The notes beneath the pieces are model-generated. The model searched no databases. It was not told the DNA's origin and saw only the letters and a program-made list of their open reading frames with translations. Positions 1 through 10,474 of a DNA stretch of 64,000 nt are shown here, piece after piece. The translations under genes were made by a program, and so were the position numbers. Within the stretch, counting starts at the first letter, position 1. Each line of letters starts with the position of its first letter. Source of the stretch: Paramoeba atlantica (Eukaryota > Protista > Discosea); NCBI GenBank assembly GCA_977017575.1, contig CDRNVI010000177.1, positions 310,001 to 374,000 of the forward strand, given 5' to 3'.

Positions 1-368
1 AGTTCCCCCTTCCTTTTTTTTTTTTTTTTTTGAGGCAGACTTTATTCAATTAGTAGTTCTTAATCTAAGCCATTTGAATTACATTAAATTATGTTTGTTT
101 TTAACCTCTAACAAGAGGTGAAGTTTTAAACTTCAGCTTAGTTCAGTTGGTCTTTATGCTGAACTTTAGAACTTCTGCAAGTTCAGGCTGGAGGATGCAC
201 ATCAGAAGGGAGAATAATCCAAAGCTCCTTCCAAGGGAATTTATCCTCAACTTTTTAGCAGACAGGGCTGAGATGTAACCTGTTCTGATTTTCACACTTC
301 TTCAAAAGCTCCTCACTCCAATCAAATCACTCTACAGCACCAGAAAAATTTTCTATAATATCGAAAAA

Positions 369-433
369 CTGGGATTTGAACTCGCCCCCCCGAGGTTGGA
401 CAGAGTCGAATTTACGACTAAACTACGGGCACC
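369..433 (-). pseudogene. Degenerate tRNA-like sequence (possible tRNA-Gln-derived relic or SINE head)
   Basis: Minus strand GGTGCCCGTAGTTTAGTCGTAAATTCGACTCTGTCCAACCTCGGGGGGCGAGTTCAAATCCCAG has A-box-like TAGTTTAGTCGTAAA and B-box-like GAGTTCAAATCCC, but no full cloverleaf could be folded. Confidence 0.2.
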
Positions 434-1019
434 AACCCATCAGTTCCCCCTTCCTTTCTTTTTTCCTTTTTTTCATTCTCTTTTCCACTCAACGTGACCT
501 CAGTTGAGGGAACTGACTTGAACAACTGCCTTTTTCTGTTCACACATTGGTGGGGTGTGGTGATGGGGGGAGAGGGGGTAAAAGGGGGGAATGCAAAGGG
601 AGAAGGAAGGGGGAGGGAGGGGGGAGGGAGGGGGGAGGTTAAAAGGATGGTGGTAGTGTTCTGGCTGATCAAAAAGAGAGGTTTTTTCCTCCTTCTCCTT
701 CTCTTTTCCTTTGCCTCCTTTTTTTGTTTTTTGTTTTTTTGAGTTTTCCTTTTTGTTTTTTGTTTTTAAGTTTTTCTTTTTTTTTCTTTCTTTTCTTGGG
801 TTTCCTTTTTCTCCTTTTTTCTTTTCTTTCTTTTGTCTTTTCTTTTTTTTTTTCTTATTTTTTTTTTCTTTTTTTTCTCACTGCTGTTTTCCCCCTTTGT
901 CTTTTCTCTCTTGAGGGTAATTCTTTTTTTGGTTCCTCTCTTTTCTTTCCTTTTTGTTCGTGAGATTGGAAGATTTCATCTGGAAAGACAATGTTTTTCT
1001 ATTTTTTTCATTTGGATTT

Positions 1020-1069
1020 TTCATACTTTCTGGATGTGAATCTGAAAATTTGAACCCAGAGAGTATGAA
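1020..1069. repeat. About 50-bp dispersed hairpin element, copy 1
   Basis: TTCATACTTTCTGGAT...ACCCAGAGAGTATGAA arms around an about 18-nt loop. Related copies at 4641, 27188, 30433 and 60412. Confidence 0.7.
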
Positions 1070-1639
1070 ACAAAATTACAAATACCCACAATCACAATGG
1101 AAAACAAAAAATGGAAGAGCAAGAGGGGGGTTCTTAGGGGGGGAGAAAATGGGAGAGGAGGGTGAGCAACACACAACCTCTGTTTTTTTTGCTTTTCTTC
1201 TTCTTCTTCTCTTTCTTTTTCATTCTCTCCTTTTCTCCTCTCTCTCTCCTCTCTCTTTCTCTTCTGCTTTTTCTTTCTCTCTCTCTTCTCTCTTCTCTCT
1301 TTCTCTTCTTTCTTTCTATTATTTGTTAAAAAAGGCTTTTGGCAAACAATTATCTCCTTTCTTCTCTTGTTTTATTTGTTTCTTTTTCTTTCTTTTTTTT
1401 CTTTTTTCTTTTTCTTTTTCTTTTTTTTTTTTTCTTTTTCTTTTAACTTTTTCATTCTTCTCTCTCTTTCTCTCTCCCCTTTTCTCTCCCTCTCTCCATC
1501 TTTCTTCTCTCTCTTCTCTTTCTAGAGATCTTTCTGACAATACTTTGAGAGGGACTGTTCCATTAGAAATTGAAAATCTTCATGTCTAAATCATGTTTTT
1601 TTTTATTTTTTATTTTTTATTTTTTATTTTTTATTTTTT

Positions 1640-1672
<33 letters not shown>

Positions 1673-2219
1673 TTATTTTATTTTATTTTATTTTATTTTA
1701 TTTTTATTTTTATTTTATTTTATTATTTTATATTTTATTATTTTATTTTTTTTCTTTCTTTTATTATTCTTTTAATAATTTTATCATTTTCTTTCTTTTC
1801 TTTCTTTTCTTTCTTTTCTTTTCCTTTTTTTTCTTTTCCTTTCTTTTCTTCTTCTCTTCTCTTCTCTTTTCTTCTCTTCTCTTCTCTTCTCTTCTCTTCT
1901 CTTTTCTTCTCTTTTCTTTTCTTTTCTTTTCTTTTCTTTCTTTTCTAAAAGGTTTTTAGAAGCCAATCGACTGAAGGGAGAAAAAATTCTTGGATAAAAT
2001 TTCAAAACTAACTGATTTGTAATTTTTTTTTTTTTCTTTTTTCTTTTTTTTCTTTTTCTCTTTCTTTTTCTTTTTCTTTTTCTTTTTCTTTTTTTCTTTT
2101 TTATCTTTTTTCTTTTTCTTTTTTTTTTTTTTTCTTTCTTTTCAATATCTTTCATTTTTATTGAAATTATTTTTGATTTTATCAGATCACTGGAAGGGAA
2201 TTTCTTTTCAGAGGCAATG

Positions 2220-2482
2220 CACTATAGGGAAAACCCCCCAAAGATGTTTCAAATAGCCCTTGGTGTTGATAGCCCCTATTTTTTGGAGAATTTATTTGAT
2301 TTTGGAAGGAAAACCATTTCCCTCCATTTTCGAAAGAAAAATCTGGTTCTGTTTGAAAAAATTCAAATGGAAAGAAGAAAGCAAAATCACAGGTTTCAGA
2401 AATCAAATAAATTGTCCAAAAAATAGGGGCTGTCAACACCAAGGGCTATTTGAAACATCTTTGGGGGGTTTTCCCTGTAGTG
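2220..2482. mobile_element. CACTA (EnSpm/CMC)-type MITE, 263 bp
   Basis: Starts CACTATAGGG and ends CCCTGTAGTG; about 82-bp near-perfect TIRs (2220-2301 / 2401-2482); 3-bp TSD ATG (2217-2219, 2483-2485). The empty site GCAATGCCTATTG is present in the paralog at about 61518-61530. Confidence 0.9.
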
Positions 2483-2717
2483 ATGCCTGTTGAATTTGCA
2501 CAACTCTCTGATCTTTTTCAAATGTTTTTCTTTTCCTTTTTTTTTCTTTTTTCTTTTTTTTTCTTTTTTCTTTTTCTTTCTTTTCTTTTTCTTTCTTTTT
2601 TTCTTTTTTTCTTTTTTTTCTTTTTTTTCTTGATTATTTTTTGAATAAATTATTCTGTTCTGATGATTTTTTTTCTTTTCCTTCTTTTTCTCTCTTTTTT
2701 CTCTCCAATGTTGGTAA

Positions 2718-2790
2718 GAAATCCTTTATTTTTTCTGGGGATGGTTCTTGTTGCACCAACAGCAAGGGTTGGTGTGTTGGAAGTTCATCT
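2718..2790 (+). mobile_element. Short relic of a CRE-like retroelement RNase H N-terminus
   Basis: Translates KKSFIFSGDGSCCTNSKGWCVGSSS, similar to KDNFFFICGDGSVATNPNGWCIGSSS at about 21570-21645. Confidence 0.55.
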
Positions 2791-3193
2791 TTTTTTTTTT
2801 CTTTTTTTTTTTTCCTTTTTCCTTTTTTTCATTTTCTTTTTCATTTTTCATTCTCTTTTTCTTTCCACCACCAACCCAAGATCAAAAACCTTTATTTTGT
2901 TGGAAGTTTTGTGATGTGTTTTTTTCTTTTCTTTGTTTTTCTTTGTTTTTTTTAATTGGAAAACTAATTTTTCTTTCTTTTCTTTTTTCTTTTTCTGTTA
3001 GATGACAATTAATCAAAAAACAAAAAAGACAGAACAATTGAAAGGATTTTTGTGGTGATGTTTTGGAGTTTTATGAACAAATTAAATAGTTCTTTTGATT
3101 TGTTCAAACAACTCTTTTTTCTTTTTTGTTTTTTTTAAGCTATTTGATCCCTCAAAGAATTGAAATGTCTCAGAAGATGATCCAATTCTCACT

Positions 3194-3224
<31 letters not shown>

Positions 3225-4640
3225 GAGTTGGGGAGTTAGGGAGTCAGGAAGACTTGAGATCCCACCAGACAAGGTTCTTTTTTTTTTTTTTCTTTTCTTC
3301 TTTTTTGTTTTTTTCTTTCTTTTTTTTCTTCTCCTTTTTCTTTGTTTTTTCTCTTTTTTTTTTTTTCTTTTTCTCTTTTTTATTTTTCCTTCCTTTTCTT
3401 TTGTTTAATCTTCTGTTTAATCTTTTATTTTAAAACAGAGGAGACAAAAGTGTTGCATATTTTCCAATTCTTATCAGAAAAGAGTGGAATTACATTGAAA
3501 AGGGTTCTTTTCCTTGATTGATCTGCTTTCAATCAGAGGTTTTTTCTTCTTTTCCTCCTATTTCTTTCTTATCTTTCCCCTTTTTCTCCCTTTTTTACCT
3601 TTTTTTCTTCTTATCTCTTTTGTTTTTCCCCCTCTTTTCCTCCTTTTTCTTTTTTTCCCTTTCCTCCTTCCCCTTTCCCTTTGTTTTTTATTTTGAATTT
3701 TTTGATTGACTTTTCTTTTGAATGAAGGGAGTGGAAGTGGGTGGTTTTTAACACAAACAATAATGGAGAATTCATGATGGGGGAGAAAAAATACACTTGG
3801 CACCTTTCTGATTTTCCACCTTCTCACCAAAAGCACTTTCTGCTGTGCAAGTTGTTGTTGCCACTATTGTTTTGTTCTCATTATCACACCAGGTTTTCCC
3901 CCCTTCTTTATTTTGTGTTTTGTTGTTTCTGGAGTATTGTGCATTGTTTGTGGGGGGATTGTTGTTTTATTGTTTTGTTGTTTGTTATTTGTTGGTGGTT
4001 TTTAGAGGTGGTTGTTTCTTGATTGAATATTTGGGTTTTAGTTATTTGGTTTTGTTGAATATTTGTTGAGGGAGTGTCTTGTTGTGATGATAATGTTTCC
4101 ACTTTGTGCTTGTGATTAATATCCAAGATTGAGAAAGGCAAAACAAATTGAATGGATTGTAAGGAGTTTTATATGAACAAGTTAAATAGTTCTTTTGATA
4201 TTGTTTAAACAACACTATTATTTCTTTGATGTTATTTAAGAGGATTAGACCTGGTGGATCCTTGAGAATATCAATTATTTCTTTAATTATTTTATGACTC
4301 ACCTCAGTTCAATGTTGGGACCTTTCTTTGATTTGGCATTCCCTTTGTCTTTTGAGAAACAAGAACTTTGAGAGAAATGGGAATCATTTTACCTTGAGGG
4401 AACACTGGATCAGGGAGACCATCTATTAAGCTGTGAGAGGTAAGGACACAAGGTTTTTTTTTCTTTCTTTTTCTTATTAGTTTTTATCTTCTTTATCTTT
4501 TCTTTTCACCTCCTTTTTCACATTTTTTTTTTGAACAGAGAACTCATTTCTTTTGATCTTTTTTAAAGAAGTGACTATTTTGGTTCTTTCCTTGTTCAGT
4601 GGCAATACAAGCAAAACTCAAATGACCTCAAGCAAGAAGA

Positions 4641-4692
4641 CTTATACTCTCTCTGGGTACAAATTTTCAAATTAGCACCCAGAGAGTATGAA
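4641..4692. repeat. About 50-bp dispersed hairpin element, copy 2
   Basis: CTTATACTCTCTCTGGGT-ACAAATTTTCAAATTAGC-ACCCAGAGAGTATGAA. Confidence 0.7.
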
Positions 4693-5014
4693 AATTCTGG
4701 GGGTTCATTGTTCTTTTGAAGAAAGTTATTTTTCAAATAATGTCTTCTATTTTTGTTTCAAAGGAGGGGGATTGAAAAACTTCTTTTTCAAACCTTAGGA
4801 GAATAAGGAGAAGGGCAAGAACCATCTATTCATCTAACAGGTTCAATTCTCACATAGTGAATTTTTTCATTTTTTTTTATCTCTTCTTCAATCTTTTCTT
4901 TCCTTCTCTTAGATTAGAAGTGAGAATGAGAACAAATATATATATATTTCCTCATTTATTGCATCAAGATATTGCACAATTTGATCAGATTTATTTTGGT
5001 TAACAATATTATAT

Positions 5015-7514
5015 CAGGTTCCTTCCAGGGGGGCCTAATTAGTCTTTTTGGGCCTAATTAGGCTCCTGTTTGTTGGCCAAAATAAAGCACATTTTTGAAC
5101 TTTTTTTTTTTTTGACTTTCTTTTGTGTTTCTTTGAGGTTTTTTCTTGATTTTCATCACAATGCCTTTCTCAGAAAGTCTGAATGAAAAAAGTTACAGTG
5201 GTGAGAAAAATGAGTTCTGGATCAACTTCTCCAAGAATTGAAGAATTGAAGGAGGATACTATTTGGTTCTGCAAAGCTGTGAACCTTTGCCCTTCTCATC
5301 TTGTAAGGAAACATTTTGGTGACCAATATCAAGGAGCATCTCTCTCTTCACTCAGGGTGAAAAGGGTGGAACTTCAGAACTATGACAGGAAATCTCAGAT
5401 GGTAGTTTTGCTTCATTCTCCTGTCTTCCAGAATGATTACCTTCTGGCTCTCCCTGAAAATTTGAAGTTTGTTGGAGAAGCGGATGTCTCAGAGGGTTGT
5501 GGGACTTCAACTCATCCATCTTCATCTTCATCATCCTCTTCTGGCTCAGGAGGATCAAGTTCTGGTTCATCCCAGGCATCAACAACCTCTGTGCCTGTTT
5601 TGGGCTCATCTGATACTGATGATGAAGATACTGAATCTTGCTCTGATATTGAGAGGAAGGGGAAGACAATGCAGCAGAATTCGTTGAAAATGATCTTTCC
5701 TTTGTGTTTCTGAGTGGTCTTCCTCAACAACTGATGCTCGTGCTGTGATAGGAGCACAAGACTTCAAGGCCTGTACAAGAATTTGCTTTGATGCTGTTTA
5801 TGTCCCCACTCCCCTCAATATTTTTCTCCAAGTTCTGCCTCTAACCTTTCTAAAAACTGATGTGCTGAAAGCAACAAATGAGTTTAACCATTCTTTGAAC
5901 TTCACTGAAGCTGAAATGCTTGATTTTATTGCCTTGCGCCAGATTATGTTTTTCTACCCAGGACATAAAAGAAGGGATTTTTTTCGAATTTCAAAGGATT
6001 CAGCTGGATCTTCCTTGTGTGGTACACTGCCTTATCTTGGGAAATATATCAGTAGAAATCAGTTTGATAAGATTGTCTCCTCTCTTAAACTTGCTCCTCT
6101 CTCTGCAAAACCCTCTTACACAGACCATATGTGGGAAATTCGACCCCTGATTGCTGCTTTTAACAAGAAGATGAAGACCATCTTTGTTCCAAGTTGGCAG
6201 GTCTGTCTGAATGAGTCTATGGTGGTGTGGTTCTGTAAATGGGCTCCTGGTTGGATGTTTGTTCAGAGGGAACCTCATCCTTTTGGAAATGAATATCATA
6301 CAATTGGTTGTGGGGAGACTAGAGTGATATTCTTTCTTGAAATTGTGGAAGGAAAGTCCCATCCTCCTGAAATGGGCCTGCCTAAGTTTCAACCTCCATC
6401 TGGTTTTGGAGCGAAAACTGTTGGTTTAATGCTTAGAATGACTGAGGGAATTTGGGGAACTGGTCGAGTAGTTGCTTTGGATAGTGGTTTTTGTGTGTTG
6501 GAAGGTTGTATTCAACTTCTTTGAGAAGGGATTGTATTGTACTTCAGTTGTGAAGAAAAAACAATATTGGCCCAAAGGAATTCCAGGGGAAGAGATTGTT
6601 GCACACCTCAAGGAGAAGGAACCTGGTTATGTGTGAAAGTGAAGAAAGGATCTCTGAGAGGTTATAAATTCTATGTGGAGGCTTTCCAAGATGTTCATCA
6701 CTCTTCTATAATGATTAATACCTGGGGAACTTCTTTTCCCACTGGTTGCCCATGAAATCACAAGCTTGAAGGCCAAAGACTCTCCCTGTGATATACTCAG
6801 CCTCTTGACTTTTACTATCAAACCAGGCATTGTGTGGATGATCACAACCAACTGAGGCAAGGTTCTCTCTCCTTGGAGAGTTCCTGGAAGACCAAAAAAT
6901 GGGTCCACAGGCAGTTTGCTTTCATTCTTGTAGTTGTAGAAGTCACTGCCTTCCTCATATTTCAGCACTTTTTCCCCCAAGCCAAAGAGCTCTCCTTTGC
7001 AGAATTTCGTTTTGAGGTTGCCCAAGGTCTACTCTCTCAGAATCATCCCTTGGATGAAGGCTATAATCTGCGAATACCACTTCCAACTTGTGTAGAACAT
7101 CATCTGATGATCAAGCCCAACTTTGCTGGAGTTTGGTGAAATGGTAATTGGACTGAAGCCAGACAAGAGTACCAGAAGAGTAGGATGCAATGGGACAAAT
7201 TGTACAAAGAAAGTTCAAACCTATTGCTCCTGTGATCAAACACTCATTTTTTGTTCAGGTTGCTTTGCTGACCATATGAGCAGGCACATGACTGAAAACT
7301 AATTAGTCCTTTTGAAAAATGATGTTTTTTTTTTTTTGGTGACTCAATTTTTTTTTTCAAAAAACAATATTTGAACAAATATTTCTTGATATTCTTGTTT
7401 AAAAGATCTTTATTAAAAAGTTTATCAAAAAAAATCTTCCCTCCACCCACCAGTGGCTTCAAAAAAAGAGTCAAAAATAGAAACCTAATTAGTCTTTTGG
7501 CCTGGAAGGAACCT
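5015..7514 (+). mobile_element. piggyBac-superfamily DNA transposon (2.5 kb), complete ends, decayed transposase
   Basis: Perfect 15-bp TIR CAGGTTCCTTCCAGG (5015-5029) / CCTGGAAGGAACCTG (7500-7514 region). Flanks ATAT (5011-5014) and ATTT (7515-7518). Subterminal CTAATTAG palindromes occur at both ends. Confidence 0.85.
5183..7290 (+). pseudogene. piggyBac-like (DDE_Tnp_1_7-type) transposase with frameshifts and stops
   Basis: Motifs WQVCLNESMV (D mutated), VVALDSGF, VVKKKQYWPKGIPG, RHCVDDHNQLRQGSLSLESSWKTKKWVHRQFAF and a C-terminal Cys-rich YCSCDQTLIFCSGCFADH, spread over several frames. Confidence 0.85.
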
Positions 7515-7559
7515 GATTTTCTGGAGAGTTTAACAATTTTATTTGTTTTTTTTCTGGTT

Positions 7560-9820
7560 TTTCTGGTTTTTTCTTTTTTTCTGGTTTTTTCTTTTCTTTT
7601 GGAAGATGGTGAAACATTTTTCCCAGAGTCTCACAGTTTTTGTGCTGTGTGGTTCACATATTTCAGATCAATCTTTCTCTTTGGTACAAAAAGGCTGGAA
7701 ATGCTGCTGTTGGTGAAGTCTCCTCTTTGTCCTGTTCCTTTGCATACTTCTTGAGTACTTTCTCTGGCCTTCTTTTCCATTGTTTATCCTTCTTGATTAT
7801 CCTTGGTTTTGGTCTCTTCCCCTTTTGGAGTAAAGTTTCTCAAGCCAACTCCAAAACCCCCCCCCTTATTTATCTTGATCTCAATCTTCCATCTTCTTTT
7901 CTTTCTGATTGCAATCTGAACCAATTGGGCCAATTCAACATTCAAATAGGTTCTTGGCTGCTTCCTCTTAACTGCCCAAAAGGTGGCTTGACAAAAGGTC
8001 TCAATATTCAAACCCCCCCTTGCATCCCCTGAGGATCTCAGTGACCCTTATTAAGGGGGAAATATTCATCCTTTTGGCCAACTGAGCTGATTGGCATTAC
8101 TAGTCTGCTCTTCTTGGGTTCATATTTCTTCATCACTTTCTTTGAAATCTCCTTGAACCTTCTTATTTGATAATGTCCACCTCTCAAGATCCTTGGATTT
8201 CCTAAAGTTGGTGTTAGAGAATCATTTTCTTCTGTTCTTGTTGATAGGATTGAAGATTTCTCCTAAATCAAATTTCACTTTCTCATCCTTTCCATTCTCA
8301 TGTGTCTCTCTCTCTCTTTTATTTCTTTCTCAAGTCCTAAATTCTCTTTCTCCATTTCCCCCTATTCCCCTCATTAATTCCACAAGCTGGTCTTCCACAC
8401 CATGTTGCATGAATTTGATCATGGTGACTACAATGATGAGGTACAAGAGTGCTTTTTAGGTGCAGAAAGTGCTTAGATTCTTTGATCAAGGATATCTTTT
8501 GAGATATTGCATTCCTTCTGATGATGTGTGCACTTTTTGTCCATCTCCTGTGCACCCCATTTTGCCCCTCATCCACTCTTGTCTTACCCCTTCTTTCTTC
8601 TTTGCCTTCTTCTCTTCTGGTTTTTAATTTACTTTAAAGATGTCAAATCATGCAAGATGAACTTGTGGACACAGAATTGGAAATTCAAAATTGATTATTC
8701 TTTGCTTCTATTTTTGATTTTGGTAATATTCCATTCAAGAGAAGATTTCTCATTTGTTTACAAAATGAATCAGCCATTTGTTCAATTCAGGTCTATTGCT
8801 TTGTTTCCTCTCCAATATCTCTGCTTGTCCTTACCCCTCTCCTTAGGAGTTTGTTCATCAGTTATTCAAACTAAGTCTTGCTCAGATAAAGCATTAATCT
8901 TTTGGGTGACTCTTTTGTGCCCTACATTTGGTTTTGGCATGGATGTGTGCACTCAACATTCTCCTCCATTTCAGATAAGGTTCAGTGAGAGCATCACCAC
9001 TCAAGTGGCCTAGTGTTTGAAACTGAAATTGAAAGTTGACCCATTGATGCATTAATAAATGTCTTATACAAAGTTGACCTATCAATTGCATACTCAGTGT
9101 TTTGGCCAATGCTGAAGCCTTGAGTGATGTGGGCTCTTGGAGTGCACACTGGAGAACAAGTTGACCCATGCAACACTTCAGACCCAAAATGATGACTGTT
9201 TGTTGAGGAAGCAAGTTGACTCATGTTTTCTGATAATTCTTGTTTGGTTTGAGCAGGGGAGCAAAGTTTCAAAATAAATCTCTTTCCAGATCTCCAATGA
9301 TGAGAGTGAAACTGTTATCTTGCTCATGATGAACAGTAACAGTTGAATCATTTTTGTTTGTCCAATTTTCTTTTGAGTTCATTAAGGTCCTTACAATTCT
9401 CAATCATTTCATTGAGTTGTGTCAGCATTTGCTTTTTTGCTGCTTGGAGGTCAATTTCCTCTTCTCTTTTCCTTTTGGGTGGTGGAGGGGTTTGGTCAGA
9501 TTGAGCAAACCACTGGACCAGGTTCATGCAATTACTTGAGAACATTTCAAAAGCTATATGTTGCCATAAGTTGAGATGAGGGAGGACCAAATGTTGTGTC
9601 TTTGGCCAATTCCTTTCACTTTCAAAAGTTTTCCAATGTTCAGCCAAAAACACTGAAAACTACTGTGATCAGTGTTTTCTTCATGAGCTTACATCAGGTT
9701 GCATTGACCCAGACAATAAAGAAGAAGAAGAAGAAGAACTTGAATCAGAGTTTCTTCAAACAATCAGTGTCAAGTCAAGATCACTGAGAATACATCCAGG
9801 AATGGGAGTCTCTAGTGAAA
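7560..9820 (-). other. Unassigned, CpG-poor, decayed coding-like sequence (probably a TE relic)
   Basis: Fragmentary protein-like minus-strand ORFs (e.g. 9348-9653, 8894-9272), almost no CpG, no recognisable motif. Confidence 0.25.
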
Positions 9821-9825
9821 GAGTT

Positions 9826-10162
9826 TCTGTTTGGATCAATTGACAAAACAGGTTCTTTTTTTCCCTTTCACAACATCATCACCTTCAACTTCTATACATA
9901 ACCTTTTCTTTCAAATCAAACAATTTAATCATCAAAAGAATAATAAACACACACTTTTTTTCCTTTTTCTTTTTCTTTTTTGTTCCATTTCTTCAACCTT
10001 CACCATCTTCATTCAACCAAAAAACAAACAAATCAGAAAAGAGACCACAAGAGTGAACATATGGATATAACATCAGATTTTTTTTTAAAGGCTCAAAAGA
10101 AATATTTGAAGTCACTTCAATCCTAAAAACACTATGATTGCAAGTGCAGCTTAAGCTCACTC
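9826..10162 (+). mobile_element. Partial copy (one end) of the 1-kb TIR element at 53659-54670
   Basis: About 330 bp match the reverse complement of about 53662-53998, ending in the TIR GATTGCAAGTGCAGCTTAAGCTCACTCT. Confidence 0.8.
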
Positions 10163-10472
10163 TCATGTAAAGCATTAAACCAACAGTTTTCACTCCAAAA
10201 CCTGATAGAGGTTGAAACTTGAACAAGCCCATTTCAGGAATTTCAAGAGGATGGAACTTTCCCTTGACAATTTCAAGAAAAAATATCACTCTAGTCTCCC
10301 CTCAACCAATAAAATGATGTTCATTTCCAAAAAAATATAATTTCTTTTTAAACAAACATTCAACTAGAAGTCAATTTGTAGAACCACACCACTATACACT
10401 CATTCAAACAGACCTGACAGAGCTGTTAACTTGAAGCAAAGATGGTCTTCATCTTTTTGTTAAAAACAACAT
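10163..10472 (-). mobile_element. Inverted internal fragment of a related piggyBac-like transposase
   Basis: The reverse complement matches about 6163-6445 (e.g. IFFLEIVKGKFHPLEIPEMGLFKFQPLSGFGVKTVGLML vs IFFLEIVEGKSHPPEMGLPKFQPPSGFGAKTVGLML). Confidence 0.8.
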
Positions 10473-10474
10473 GT

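Larger units (their letters stand above)
440..4480 (+). pseudogene. Multi-exon leucine-rich-repeat (plant-specific-type LRR) gene, apparently disrupted; boundaries approximate
   Basis: Short exons between T-rich introns translate to LxxLxLxxNxLxGxxP motifs: DLSDNTLRGTVPLEIENLH (1526-1582), FLEANRLKGEK (about 1952-1985), SLEGNSFFG (about 907-933), and SLEGNFFS..MP-EFAQLSDL split by a CACTA MITE. Paralogous to 59.7-64 kb. Confidence 0.5.

Noticed and set aside
494-4302. Many Phe/Leu/Ser-rich or Lys/Arg/Glu-rich ORFs in the supplied track (here and throughout the window, e.g. 29234-30452)
   Set aside because: They are translations of T-rich or A-rich low-complexity and intronic DNA, not credible proteins.
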